64,000 nt of DNA from Phoronis australis (GCA_002633005.1 NMRA01000021.1:1360735-1424734), one strand, 5' to 3'. Shown: positions 1 to 13,235, numbered from the stretch's first letter. A program made the numbers and translations. The notes: a model not told the origin generated them from the sequence alone.

Positions 1-1680
1 GATGTGCTTGTATTATGAAGATTACTCACATTTTGCCCCTAGCCTATTGAGGAGACAATGACCATGCCTTTCCATTTTGCAAAGTACAACATACTACATA
101 TATGCCCTCTACTGGCCACTTTATGGTACCAATAAACAACCCTAGAAGGATACCATATGCGGTGCAATTGTGGGCGCATTTCAACGCTCTGCGTTGCTCT
201 TGTTATTTTTACTTGTCATTCAAGGAAGTGAAAAACTTTACTCATACGTACACTTAAATCTTAGCCTGCTGAACCCATTCGCATAAATCAACCCTGGAGA
301 TGTGATAATATTGAATAAAGAATATCGGGTCTGGGGTGCCGAGGCACAAAGCTTTTTGCTGACATTTGAGACACTTTACAGTGCGCTTGTTTCACAATAG
401 TGACTGTGCTTTCTCAGTAAAACGTATTTTGCATGAGACATAACTCTCAAAAAATGGTGCGACTCAAGCGTAGGCCTATAGGTCAATGGCAAGTGTTGTC
501 AGATGCCATGCTTTCGACAGGCGTATCATTCATATTGAGTCACATTGTTATTGCAAAGCCGGGAGATCAAATTCAATTCCCACGGATCAGACTCCGAGCC
601 CAAGCCTACTTTTACAGTATTTGGTTGCACTTTTCTGAGAAAGCAAGTGTGCAAGTCGTCACGGAAATGGAAACGACTCAATTTTGGACAAAAGGAAATT
701 TATCTTGCAATGCTACTGGAAACCCAAAATCGTCAGGGAAGTACGTAGACCTTTAATCTTTTCCCCAAGTTTGATTAACAATGCATTTATTTTGGTTTGG
801 AGATATAATTCCTTTTTGATCACCTCTTTATGAATGTGATCCAGCAATCTTGTTCGATGAATAGTTCTGTTCAGTAATTGGCATGTAAAAACATTTTCTG
901 TGACACATTGTAGTGTGTCTTGTGAGGGAGATACTGTAATGTTGTGACTGCTGGACAAAGCACCAGAGTGCCGGCAACAATCGCTTCCCTGTCATATTTT
1001 ACTGCACAGAGTAGGATTGCATGACTCATTTCCCAGTAACTACCTGCCACATGTAATGGATTTAGTTAGTCTTTGATTTGAGTCTCTGAAGCACTTAATG
1101 ATTGATAGTTGCTTTATTTGTGAGCTGCGTACACTGGTGACATTAGGGACAGGGAGTCGATGCTACGTCATAGCAGATGTAGCAATATGGTTGCTATGGC
1201 CTGGTTTCTATGGTAACATGTTCGTAGCACCATGTTTAGTGATATTAATTTGGTTATCGGGATTATGTGTTGGCATGGATTGTTAAGATCAGCATTAGGA
1301 TGCAGAAATGATTTAAACACGGTTTTCAATTTTGCACGACAATAATTGGAGAAACTGTCACTTTTCAATTGCTCAAAGAGTGAGTGCTGTTCAGTGCAAT
1401 CAATAGTGAGGTCAAAGTAAACGGCAAAATTGCGTCTGAAAGTCAATGCACATGTGCGGTATTTCGTTTTTATTCTCCGTGTTTTGAAAAAGGAAATGTC
1501 ACCTGATGCCGGCTGAAATGGTTTCAGATCCTTTTCATATCCCCTGGGTCACTTGGGATCCTCATATCCTCAGGGTCGTCTGATGCCAGCTGAAATTGTT
1601 TAGGATAGTTTTTATTTTTGCCCCGTTGTTATCTGATGGCAACCGAAATGGGTCAGGATTCTTCTTTGATGTTTAAATAG

Positions 1681-1745
1681 TGAGGGGCAGGTTTGGGTGA
1701 GGTGCAGGTTTGGGTGAGGGACAGGTTCGGGTGAGGTGCAGGGTT
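1681..1745 (+). repeat. 17-bp G-rich minisatellite, about 4 copies
   Basis: TGAGG(G/T)(G/A)CAGGTT(T/C)GGG repeated. Confidence 0.9.
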
Positions 1746-2145
1746 GAAAATAAACTAGCTGCAGACCGGAACCAATTGTTTATTACGCTGTATTTATTCT
1801 ATCAAATTACGATTTTCTTTCTTTTTAATTTGCTGAAATATTTTACAAAATAACATCATTAGCAATCTTCTGTCAATTGTTCTAACTAAAGGCTATTTTA
1901 TATTTTGTCAAATTAACATAATTCAGTACAAAATTTTATTATTACAATTTTTGGATTAATTTTGTACTTTATAAAGTATGGCGATGATTTGTAAAAATGC
2001 AAATACTTATAGGGTTGTGATCTATGAAATCTACTGCTTTGATGTCTTTAAACTAAATGAAACTCATCCTGTGTTTGAAAACCTATTAGTATCTTTAATA
2101 AATTACAAAGATTTTCCTGACTCCATGATTATAAAACCTCCTCAG

Positions 2146-2282
2146 CTTGACGACGAAGCAGAGAAGACAAAGGATCAGCAGCTTGAACTTGAACTGGAGG
2201 AGTTATCAGAACTCGATGATGCTTTTATCAAGCAGTATCAACAGAAAAGACTGGAAGAGATGAGGAAGGCCCTGGAATGTGT
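2146..2282 (+). CDS. PDCL: PDCL coding exon
   Basis: ctcag|CTTGAC...TGTGT|gtaagt; LDDEAEKTKDQQLELELEELSELDDAFIKQYQQKRLEEMRKALEC. Confidence 0.9.
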
Positions 2283-5200
2283 GTAAGTTAATAGCCGGTG
2301 CATGTCATTGGTGCCCTAGAATGTGTGTAAGTTTATGATGATGCATGGCACTGGTATTGACCTTTAAAGTCTTCAGAGCTCTCAGAAAGGCCCTGGAATG
2401 TGTGTATCTTATTAATAGTGCATGTCATTTGTGCCCTGGAATTTGTATAAGTTAATGATGATGCATGTCATTGACATTGACCATTACAGTCTTCAGAGCT
2501 CTGCTGTCTCCAACTATTACCATCATTAATTAACTGGGTAATCATAGTTCACATAATTTAAGCTCTGTTTTGTAATCAAGGGCATGCTTATAAAGACTAT
2601 AATGCTTTCATGACTGATTTGAGCCAGTCACGTGGCACATTTGAGCATAAATTATATTCTGAAAAAATCATTTCCGTTAAACGCCCATATGCAGTAAACA
2701 TCTCGGCTTGGTGTGCTGATGCAATACCATTTGAAAATTACAGTAGAATGTTTGTTGTTACCATGATTTTGATTGAACACCAGGTGGGGTTACTGCTGTT
2801 TAATTCCCAGTGTTTGCGACTTGCGTTAACATTTTCTCTCTCGCATTTTCAGTCCCAAGTTTGGTAAAGTAGTTAGCCTTACGAAGGATGGTTTTGTGGA
2901 TGCCATAGATGCTGAAAAACCCCAAGTAACTGTCATCGTCCATGTTTATGATGATGTAAGTGTCCTGGAGACGTGATGCAGGAAGTCATGTGACTGCTAT
3001 GGAAATGGTCTAGATGTTGATATGAGTCCTGTAGCCATTGCTTTGTTGAATATTTGAAATATAAACAATTGAGCATAATGGCAAGACTATAACTGTCAAA
3101 AAAATTTTTATACTTACCAATTATATAGCTGTTTGAATGCGTTTAATTGCCTTGTAACTATAAATCCATTAGTAACTGTTCACCGTTGGAGGGCCACTCA
3201 TGTGCGATTCCTGGAGTACAAAGTGGATTGGTCTGTTTCAGATTTTTGAAGCAAATGTATGTCATGGAAATGTTAAATTTAAGTGACTGTTGTATTTGGA
3301 AGGATGCCCAAATAGGTGGAATGGCAATTATTATCATCTTTTTAATGAAATCAGGTATACTTTGGGCGACCCTTTCTCAAAGACAAAATTCATTCAGTAT
3401 ACTATGCTTCTGGTGCTGCACTGAATGGTCAATATCAGCTGATTCTTTCCAGATCACAGGAAGGTCACCTTCAAGATTTGTGTGCAGGTTTCCTGTTCAG
3501 TTTTCAATTTTAAATTGAATATTGAAACCTGGAATATTGATTTAAATTTGAAAATTATGTAATTTAGTCTGAAATTTAAAAAATGAAATTTTAATTGTCG
3601 TATTGCATTGTTAAATAAATAAAAATTGAATCATGAAAGTTGAAATAATGACTGATGTTCTAATGTTTCATTTTCAATCTAATTTGAAACTAAGAATCAT
3701 GAAACATAAAGTCAATATTCCATTTCATGGGTGTTTACAACCCAACACTGCTAATCAAAATATGTCTAACTGCTATTAATGGTGCTGAGCGTAACTGTGG
3801 TGACAAGACATTAGGTCTGTCGGCCCAGAACCTATACATATGAATGTTAAGTAAGAAATAAACTTGTTTGCCTGTGGATGAAATGATTTTCACTGCTTTA
3901 ACCAATCAAATTATGCATATAAAGAATTGTAGCGCTGTGATAGGTTGTCGTGTGGTTCAGCTGTATGATCGCAAAATTGAACTGTTGAATATTTGCTGTT
4001 TAAATTTCAGATTAAAAATAGAATTTTCAATTGTAATTCAACATCCCATGTTTCAAAGTGAAATTTGATACCTAAACATGGTTCATAGTAACATGATTTG
4101 TTATTTCAAGTTTCATATTTAATTCAATTCCTGTTAAATTTTGGAACTGCAAACTTGCAAAGGATGTGATGAAATAGTATAACGTGTATTGTAATGTTCC
4201 TCAAACTTGACATAAGTTAAAGTACCGTGAACACCATTTTTCAATAATCGTGCTTCGTTTCAACAGGAAACAATATACTGCGAACATTTGAGCATGTGGC
4301 TGTCATTGTTGCGTGACCATCAGTATGTTGTGAGCGATGTTTTCGGGCAGTTCAATTTTATCTTTTCAGCGAGTTCGTGCTTGCGATGCCATGAACGGTT
4401 GCCTCACATGTTTAGCCCGGGAGTACCCTACAGTGAAGTTTTGTAAGATCAGAGCATCAGAGGCCAATGTCAGTGCAAAATTTGTAAGTCGTATATCACG
4501 AATCTCATTTTTATGCAGTCGGGCATCTGTATCAGTCTGTATCACCAAAGCCCCTTTGTGGATTTTTTGAAATAGGTTTCTACTGAATAGGGAGACATGC
4601 CTATTGGCCACTTTTTGGTTTTTGAATGGTTTTGATGTATTTTGCTCCTCTTTGTGGCCGTTCTTACTATTTTTAAGTCTTTTGGCATCCACATTTTTAT
4701 TGGCCAGTTTACTCTAAGGATGATTATGAGAATCGGCATATGTTCTTATTTAAAAGAGGATGGCTGACTACTGTGGCTCCTCCTAGTGGCATTTTTGTAT
4801 TAGCAGCTGTATCTATAAACCCAGTGTGCAGGACCTTTTTTAAATTTGGCATGTGTATTTCTATGAATGTACCTGTGGTTGTCGACAACTTTTGGTCAGT
4901 TCCAACTATCATTGTAGCCCTCGTGGCAATTTTATATTCTTGGTGGATCGCCATGAAATATGCATGTCTGTGTTTTTATTGCCAATCCGGCAACTGTGGA
5001 GTCCTCTAGTGATAATATTTTGTTTTTCTTTACATTTGTAATGATATCTACACACAAAAGTAATCAAACAAAATAAAATTTTGTTGTGAATATGTTTAAT
5101 TTTATTAACAGCAAAAATTACTGGCAATAACAGTTAGGGTGGCAATGTTCTGACAATTATAAAATGGTTTTCTGACTGTGCTGTTAATCTTCCTTCATTC

Positions 5201-8200
5201 TCTGTCACCAAGGGAGACAACTGTGACAATGAATTTGGTTTCCGACCTGACGTCATCATGGGTCATTTTGTCTGAATACGACTGTTCCTTGATGGATGTT
5301 CGTGAAATTTGGCTAGGAAGTTACTATTGCGTAGACAATAACACAAATCCAGTTTTAGACAGATTTGGCCCACGTTACGTCCCCCTAGGGTCTTTTTCAT
5401 TGTTTTTGCTAATGAGTTCGTAGTTGCCCTCCTTCGCCCTATCCTCCAACTGCATGAAGAATCATGATAAAAGGTGGCAGGTGTGTTCCTACTGCTGACT
5501 TGCTTTGCATCCCCCGCAGGCTATTCTTAAATTCAGTACCACTGCTCCGTTTATTGGGAATATTTGAAAAAATGATCATCTCTATACCTGCACCCTGTGT
5601 GGTGCAAAAGGTGGGTGCATATCAAAGCGCCATCTTGCTTTGACTTTAGAACGTGTGACATGTATTTTCATGGTAAATTGTAATAATATGCATTACACAT
5701 TTTTTGCATTCTCAAAGTTACATTTTGCACCTGTTGTTCTTGTTAAAGGCCCTTATCGACTAGCCAGAATATTTAGCCAACTAGCTAATTTAGTAAAAGT
5801 GAACATTTTCTGAAAGTGAAAGCCTGTAGAATTATTTACTTTTTGACTTTATACCAATCTGTTATTTATCAAGCCATATGATCCCATGTCTTTTTAGTAA
5901 AAACTAGCAAGAAAGAAAGGTACTTCCACAGCAAAACAATGGTATTGATAACATGGAGGCACTGTTATTCTGTAACACTTGTCTCATTCTGTCCACTAGT
6001 CCCAATTTAAAGATGACTGTTATAACGTTATTATTGTAAACGTCTTGTGGATAATGTTGGCCAATTCACAACAGCTGAGGATCTTTCATGTTATAGCTGT
6101 TGTCAGATGAAGAAATGTAGTAGTACCCTATGGTGTTCAGATTTTACCTCTGACCTCTGGTTCCTATTAGCCTCTCAGGAGAAAGATATGACGGAGGTTA
6201 AAGACTGAAATAACGGGATGTGTTTGTCTACAGGTTGAAAATGGTGTGCCAGCCTTGCTAGTCTACAAGAACAAAGACATCATTGGTAATCTCATACGTG
6301 TGTCAGACGAACTTGGTGATGATTTCTTTGCTACGGATCTAGAGAGCTTCCTTCAAGAGTAAGTGTACACTGGCAGTGTTGTAGGCAAATACATCAACTG
6401 ACTTTGTGTCAAAGTCGAGTCGCTTAAAGTTCAGGCACATGATTGTAAATTATTCATTCCGGTGTTTTCAAAAACAAAAGGTCAAATGAGCTCTCATCAA
6501 AATCAACTGGGAACGAACTCGGCTGTCCCAAAAAAGCATCTAATGGAACTTTTTATTGAAGGACCACACTTTGTGTGAATCGGCCTGTGGCAAGAAATGT
6601 ACTCTTTTGTGTGGGTTTTGCAGTGAGATTTCCATGAGACTCGTTATTTATTCATAAATTCTTTGCAGTTGTTATGCTGTTCAATTGCCACTATTGGGCT
6701 GTGAAATAATCAAATGAGTGATTGTGATGTGAATCTCCAATGTCTCAAATATACTTTGAATGAAAGAAATTATGTTTCGTCCCTGTCAACTCAGCCCGTC
6801 TTTTTCACCATAACTAGAATTCGAATCAAGCCAAAGACACTTTCGTGCTGTCACAACTCAAAAGAGTCGTCTGTTTATGATGTGATTGCGTTGAATTTCC
6901 TCATGAATTTGAGAAGAAAACGACTAAATTTTCAGTTACACTGTTGCACAACGCTGTCTTGCGACACACTCTTTGGTGATCAACGAGTTAAATTAAAACA
7001 AATTTTTGAAAAGAGAAAAAATGAACATCAAGATTAAGCCAAAAAAAACATTGGTTCTGACATATTTTGAAAGCTGCACCTTGAAACAAAATTTCGTGGA
7101 AATTAACATCCAGATTAAGCCAAAAAGCAAACATTATTAATTGCTTCAGAAGAACATTTCTTTTTGAAAATATTGACAACAAAGAATATTGCAGCACTGC
7201 AAAAAATACAGAACATGACCTATTATAATTTAATTTTTGGCCTGAGAACTGTAATTATGTCAAAATCTTTTTTTCACATGTGCTTAGATTAAGTGTTTGA
7301 GAGGAACAGACATTCAATTTGTTGTTGGTTGAAACTGAACTCAATCAGGTGCAGACTGTAGGTTGTCATTTTGTGAAATGAAAACAATTGGCAGCCAAAT
7401 GTGGAACTGACTTTGATGAGCAGTTTTGGATTTTGCTCACACAAGGAGTATATGTTAAAATTGACTGAGATTTTAGGAAGAAATTGTCCTATTGAGACAG
7501 TAAGAGCAAACTGAAGTTGAATACTGACTGTATAACTACCGCAATGCTCAAACTCCTGTACTAGTTGAAGCTCCACCTCTATTGTGTAACTAGGGTCATA
7601 GGTCTAAATTTGAAAAGATTAAGAGAATCGATTTGGAAGTTGTTAAGTTTCAAATTTCAACAGGCACATTAAAATAGTAATTTTTATTTTTCGTTGCTTT
7701 TTATAACATGTATTTAAACGCACTTTTTACACATCAAACATGCAGTTTATTTGGGACAACTATGATGTGGCAAGTACTTATCTGTTATTTTCAGGCCTTT
7801 TGATTTCTGATGCTTTAAGCATTTTCTACATTGATTTTTCTTCAGTAAGAGAGTTGATTCATTTTAAAATTTCCACGCTTGTTTCATGGTTTTGGGCCAC
7901 AGGAACTGTGTCTCATGTTTTTATATTTTTTTTTTGAAAAACGGGAATGTGAACTTGTGATCATGTTTGAAAAATATTTTGATGACTGATATCGTCGCTG
8001 TTGAAGGGTAAAGAGAAAATCTGAGACACAGTTCCATGCCTATTGACAGAAAGAATTTATATACAGTATAAACTTAAAGTTAGAAATTTGTTATGCTCAA
8101 AATAAAAAAGCTTCACAAATGATGTGTGATGTTTAAGTCGTGAATTAAGATTTTTCAGTCAGTTGGCAAAGTGCAATATTTCGATTATAGTCACATGAGC

Positions 8201-8533
8201 AAAAATATGGGTAAACAACATGTCTTTTGTATTCTCATGATACTCTATATGGGTAAACAATGTGTCTTTTGTATTCTCATGATACTCTATATGGGTAAAC
8301 AACATGTCTTTTGTATTCTTATGATACTCTATATCAGTAAACAACGTGCCTTTTGTATTCTTATGATACACTATATGCATTGGGTAAACAACATGTCTTT
8401 AGTATTCTCATGATAGTCTATATCTTGTGTTAGGCATGGCTTCTTGCCTCAGAAAGATCTGATTCCTGCGCTGATACGAACTGCTGCTGTGAGTGCCAAG
8501 GAAGACTGCAACAGTGACTTTGAGCTGGATTGA
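2146..8533 (+). CDS. PDCL: Phosducin-like protein (PhLP1), 3' part; 5 coding exons: 2146-2282, 2853-2955, 4370-4483, 6234-6358, 8434-8533. 5' exons not found in the window
   Basis: GT-AG exons splice in frame to LDDEAEK...DDAFIKQYQQKRLEEMRKALECVPKFGKVVSLTKDGFVDAIDAEKPQVTVIVHVYDDRVRACDAMNGCLTCLAREYPTVKFCKI...GVPALLVYKNKDIIGNLIRVSDELGDDFFATDLESFLQEHGFLP...SDFELD*. This is a phosducin thioredoxin-like domain with a PhLP1-type C-terminus (human ends SDLEID). Confidence 0.95.
2269..2502 (+). repeat. Tandem duplication spanning the PDCL exon donor
   Basis: GCCCT(G/A)GAATGTGTGTAAGT-like units recur four times; about 44-bp subunit within an about 120-bp period. Confidence 0.8.
2853..2955 (+). CDS. 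PDCL: PDCL coding exon
   Basis: ttttcag|T CCC AAG...GAT GAT|gtaagt; PKFGKVVSLTKDGFVDAIDAEKPQVTVIVHVYDD. Confidence 0.93.
4370..4483 (+). CDS. PDCL: PDCL coding exon
   Basis: ttttcag|CGA...TTT|gtaagt; RVRACDAMNGCLTCLAREYPTVKFCKIRASEANVSAKF. Confidence 0.93.
6234..6358 (+). CDS. PDCL: PDCL coding exon
   Basis: ctacag|GTT...CAA GA|gtaagt; VENGVPALLVYKNKDIIGNLIRVSDELGDDFFATDLESFLQ. Confidence 0.93.
7902..8035. mobile_element. Small MITE-like remnant
   Basis: Perfect 14-bp inverted repeat GGAACTGTGTCTCA / TGAGACACAGTTCC. Confidence 0.5.
8205..8422 (+). repeat. 42-bp minisatellite, about 5 copies
   Basis: ATATGGGTAAACAACATGTCTTTTGTATTCTCATGATACTCT repeated; ends just before the last PDCL acceptor. 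Confidence 0.95.
8434..8533 (+). CDS. PDCL: PDCL terminal coding exon
   Basis: tgttag|G CAT GGC...GAT TGA; HGFLPQKDLIPALIRTAAVSAKEDCNSDFELD*. Confidence 0.9.
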
Positions 8534-10029
8534 TGAGACGCGTTGCTGACAGACTATTGGTTACGTGCATTCAGACAATGGGAAAGGTCAAGGTCATTGA
8601 CTGAAGTTGTGTAACTGCAGATGAATTCAAGTTCTTCTGTTTTGCCATAGTGATCAACAATGATGAAGAGATGGAGTGTGGTCAGAATGTTGTTATGGTG
8701 CTATTCAGTCTTGCTGAAGACATTATGGTTACATGTACCCGTATTTAAAGTGTTGTCTTGATCTTTAAATATCTCAATAACTGATAACAACTGTCAACCA
8801 AACTTATTTTTGCGTACTTGGAATCGAGGCAAATCTATTCATGTTTTTCTTAACTCTGTGCCATTTTTGTGGTCATGTGGTCATCCATTTTGTATTTTTT
8901 TTTTGGAAGGTTCATTGAAAGGAAGTATCTCCTTTGACCAGCATTTATCAAACTTTTAGTTTTAAAACTATTTAATCTTTGATAAAAATACAAACCAAAG
9001 ATCGTGCTGCAATTTTCCATAATTAAAAAATGGTATAAGTATAATTAGTTTCGGGTGTTTCAACACTGAAACTTGTGCGTTTTCCAATGCCAGTCACATG
9101 ATTCACTGTCATAGGAGTTAAATCTAGGTCAGGAGGTCACCTTCCAGTGATACATAGAACTTGCCAGCATTAGGCGCTTTGTTGTTCGTAAGTTGAGTCT
9201 AGCGTCGTCTTGGCTTAGATGCCAGCTTCACCTTCCCTTTTGCCAAAATTGTTCCTAACCAGTCAAAATTTTTCACTGCACGACAACGAATAGAAATGTT
9301 CAAAACTACAAAATACACTGCTGATTCGCTCAGCAGAGTGGGTAAAATGAAGAGCTATGTGGTTTTGGTGCGAATCTTGATTGTTACAGTCTTTCAAAAA
9401 CAGATCAATTTTCATTGGTCAACAGCATCTCTACGATATATCAAATTAAATTTACTAAATCCTTACTGTTATTCAAAACCAACAACTCTAAGTAGGGTAC
9501 ACGTAATCTGCAGAAAAAAGCATCAGATTTTTCTATTCCTCATTCAGGGAGAGGGCTGGGATGTCTGCCAAACAATCGGTGATCTGCACCTTTTTGAAGG
9601 AGAGTCCCCTGCCTTTCATCAAGGACTCGAGAGGGAACACCTTAAATTATTTTTCTAAATACTACTACTATGTTGTGACATCTTAAGGACAAGAGCTGTG
9701 CTATGTTGGTGACTTTGACTTTTCATTGGTTAACAAAATGAAGCACTGTTCGTTTATTTTGATTGGTTGGAAATTGAAAAACCCCTTTTCAGGAGGTACT
9801 GGCACTGTATTTTTGATCATGGTGTCTTGTGCCTGCAAATACAATGGCATAAATGGACATATTCTACACAAATATGAGTGTGTGCCATTATGATGATTCA
9901 AGATAGCAAACTTAAAATGCATAGAAAACAACAGAACACAATTCATCAGATTTTCTGATTGATTTCTCGATAATTTGTTCAATGACATTTGTGTGCTGAG
10001 ATCAACATAAAGAATGTATATATCGTGTA

Positions 10030-10394
10030 CAGTAAAATTCTCCAGTTTGGGACAGTCTCTGAAATTTGGAACATCAAAATTCAAGGCAAAACTGAAGTTT
10101 CTTTATTCTGTTTTAGAAAATTGGAACTTGAGCACTTTTGGTGTGCATCATATTTCTCAAATATTGGGCACTGCATTTTTCATCTGAAAGCAATCTTGGT
10201 AGTTTACAAGATTGTGGAAAAGTAGCCACTACCACAATGTTTTCAAACGACTCCGTTGTTTATAACATCAAAGCAAGTGATTGTTTGTTGATAGTGATTC
10301 TTGAATTTGGGATGGTAATATCACCTGTTTATAAAATTTGAGCTTTGACCTTGAGCAAAATATTTTATTTCTCTAAGCTGGAGAATTCTTACTG
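10030..10394. mobile_element. Tc1/mariner(pogo)-type MITE; related ends at ~36465-36500 and 60441-60465
   Basis: TA|CAGTAAAATTCTCCAGTTTGGGA left end, degenerate inverted copy at 10375-10394, exact reverse complement at 60441-60465. Confidence 0.65.
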
Positions 10395-10621
10395 TTATGT
10401 TGTGCAGTGCCACTGAGTGGTGCTATGTGAGAATTAAAACTTTTGAACTAATCCCCCCTAGTCCTGCAAGACTGACCTCGCCCACAAGGTCATGTCGTGG
10501 TGTTTTTAAGCTGTTAGTGAAATCGATGTTTGTGATTTTGTTTATTTTTTGAAATTGCCATAAAGTGACTGTTTTTTTAACAAGACCACAACCTGTTGTT
10601 AAATAGCAGCTCTCGGTTCAA

Positions 10622-10770
10622 GGTGTTCTAATCCACGATTGGTTGCCATTTTTCTGGCTTAATGTGTTCTGGTTCATGATTGGATGATAGTTCACAGGCT
10701 TAACGATTGTGTTTTAGTCTATGATTGGATGATAGTTCTCATTCAAGTTTTATGTATTCTAGTCCATGCC
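10622..10770 (+). repeat. Degenerate 41-45 bp tandem repeat
   Basis: GTGTT(C/T)TRGTYYAYGATTGGWTG-like unit repeated 3-4 times. Confidence 0.6.
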
Positions 10771-11770
10771 ATAGCTAATCATGCCACGATTCTGTTGACT
10801 CTTGAGATTGCTTAACATTACATTATAATTACGAGCCCTAAACCTTGAGTACCTTGAGTGTGTACCATAGATTTCATGTTGTGAGTTAATTTGAAAGGTT
10901 TCTTAAGCCACATACATGTAAACTGCTTTTTTCAATTGGATGAAAGGGAAGTTTTTTCACCACACACGATTATTTTATTCTCCTCAGTTTTTACCTTAAT
11001 ATTGTTGCATTTGTAAAAACAATGTTGACCTCTGCAATATAAAGTGAAGAGATTATTTGCAAAACTACAGCCTATAACTTAGCGCGTTTTGGGCTGGTTG
11101 CCTGGTTGTCGAGTTGATAAGGATTCTAATTTGTCCTTGTCATGTTTAAAGTTGCTTATTGCTACAGTTGTATGAACATGTTTATCTTATATTAACAGTT
11201 GCTATATTTGTTAATTGTTATCGTCTGTAGTAAATGCTCGTTTTTAAACCATGTGCAAAATGTTCTGCCCCTATTTGAAATAGTTAACAGTGTAGATTCG
11301 AAACGCACATTCATTACAGGCCAAGAAATTAATGGTTTAGTCTCGTATTTAGTGTATGCATGTTATTTCTGAGCAAAAATTATTAATTTTATTCTGCGTG
11401 CAAAAAATGTTTCTTGCACTCAAGTTTACGACACAAAACATTTTTATCACATAAGCCTATTAATTTGTAAAACGATTAGTAACTTGGCTGGAAAAATCTA
11501 CTCTTTTTTGTTATTGGTCATTCTTAGCCCTGATTTAAAAAGCTAAATCCAGCTGAGATTTCTTTGACGTGGGAATAAGGCATACTGCTATGTAGATAAG
11601 GAAATGGTCCAAAACTGTAACTCATCTTGAGTAATGCCAAGGGGGCAGAACAACTTGTGTGATGTTATTTTTTGAGCTCAACTTGAGGTTGCAATAATAG
11701 TATTTATGTATAGGCTTGTTGTAAACTCGTTGAGTATTAACTAACTGTGCCTGATAAATTGTTCTTAAGC

Positions 11771-11789
11771 ATTAAAGTATTGTTTTATT
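11771..11789. terminator. Opposed polyadenylation signals: ATTAAA (+, PDCL) and AATAAA (-, GANP)
   Basis: attaaa at 11771-11776 and tttatt at 11784-11789, where the strand skew switches from T-rich to A-rich. Confidence 0.5.
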
Positions 11790-12699
11790 GAACAGTGCAT
11801 CATTAATATTTGTACAAGAAGCAAAGAGTACCTTGGTGGCAATTCATGCAGAGATGAAAACACAATATAGTTTTGAAAAATGAAGAATGTTCTATTCGTA
11901 TCAAATATTGGTAGATTGAATTTTAGAGCAAACATCACGGCTACATGTCTGGTGTGTCCATGCTGGCTTTCACATTTCGTTGGCTGACGACGTGCATGAA
12001 ATTCACCATTTTGAAAAGAAAAGTATAAACTTCTAAACAACACGAAGAATCTAAAGTACGCACTCACAGATACAGTGTGGTACAAGCATTGACAAAGGGA
12101 AAAACGCAGTATCTGAACTCAAAAATCCCACGTGGTGCTAATAACAAAGATCAATCCAATGTAGCAAACTTCAAAACGGGACTCGGCACAAATGAATTTT
12201 CCCTTAGAACCAATTAATTAATGAACTCCAGGTTCACCATATTAAATTTTGAAGTTAGGACCGCAAACTATCCACATCGAAAACAACCAAAACAAAATGA
12301 AGGATTCCAGCTAAAGATGGCGCTGCATTCAGCATTAAAAATCTGACCTGTTTTGAAAAGAGCATTTGGGGCAGAAAGCTGCTCAACATCATTGACCAGA
12401 CAAAGAATCGAATGATACTATTTTAATTATAACAGCATGGAAAGTCATATAAGTCCACAATATAACAAGAGCACCGTCAAACAGACAACATGAAATCAAA
12501 CTCTAAAATCACAAATTTTAGACTACATTGATTATTAAAGTGCATACTTTTTTATTATCTTATCTCCAGTGAAATGAATTGTATCTAAACAATTTTGTTT
12601 CTAAATACCTGGTACGGAAGTCTACTTTTTCTATTTCACGAGTAAACGAGCATCACTTCTCGGTCGCGAAACACTGGATTCGTGAGTAAACAAGCACCA

Positions 12700-13235
12700 C
12701 TACTCGGTCACAAGACGCTGGAGTTTCATACCAAACAATCGTTCTGCCGACTTTTCGGTTTCCAAGCTTCGCCGCAACATGTCCAACCTACAACCCAGAG
12801 ATTCATCATAGCCACTGCCCCCGTCCAAATTTTCACCTCCATCCACTTCGATATGCTGAGGACAACGCTGACCAGAATGCTTGGTCCCTGTTTTATTCAT
12901 CAGGGTCTTGTCCGAAAGAAGTCCGATAGGACTTCCGTTAAATGAATAATCTCTTGGACTTTGCGGTGGTGCTTCAGAATACAAATCCTCGCTCTCATTC
13001 AATGCATTCTGAAGCATTTTATCGAAGAGATCAGACTGTTGTTTTTCCTCAGCAATCTTATTTGCCAGCTCTCTTGATATCTCATTGGCCAACAAACTGT
13101 CTTGAGATTGCACATCAAGAGGTATCGACTCTGAACATTTGCCGAGTCGTTTCATCTTGGTTGGTGTCGACAAATCAGGGATTTCTTGTTCTTTCCTTTT
13201 TGCGCAATACAGAATTGTGTCATCAAGAGTGATAT
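12700..13235 (-). CDS. MCM3AP: GANP terminal coding exon
   Basis: ttttcag|AT ATC; ends ..[29 protein letters not shown]. Confidence 0.85.

Noticed and set aside
433-756. 107-aa ORF as an upstream PDCL exon
   Set aside because: No phosducin N-terminal motif (e.g. TGPKGV) and no convincing splice pair.
3484-4158. Possible old MITE with AT-rich AATTGAA/TTTCAAT arms
   Set aside because: The terminal similarity is too degenerate and no TSD could be read.
4740-5009. Hydrophobic Cys-rich 89-aa ORF in a PDCL intron as a nested small gene
   Set aside because: It lies in T-rich low-complexity sequence with overlapping ORFs on both strands and no recognisable family motif.
8159-8413. Repetitive ORFs (HIEYHENTKD / FCILMILYMGKQ)
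   Set aside because: These are translations of a 42-bp intronic minisatellite whose length is divisible by 3.
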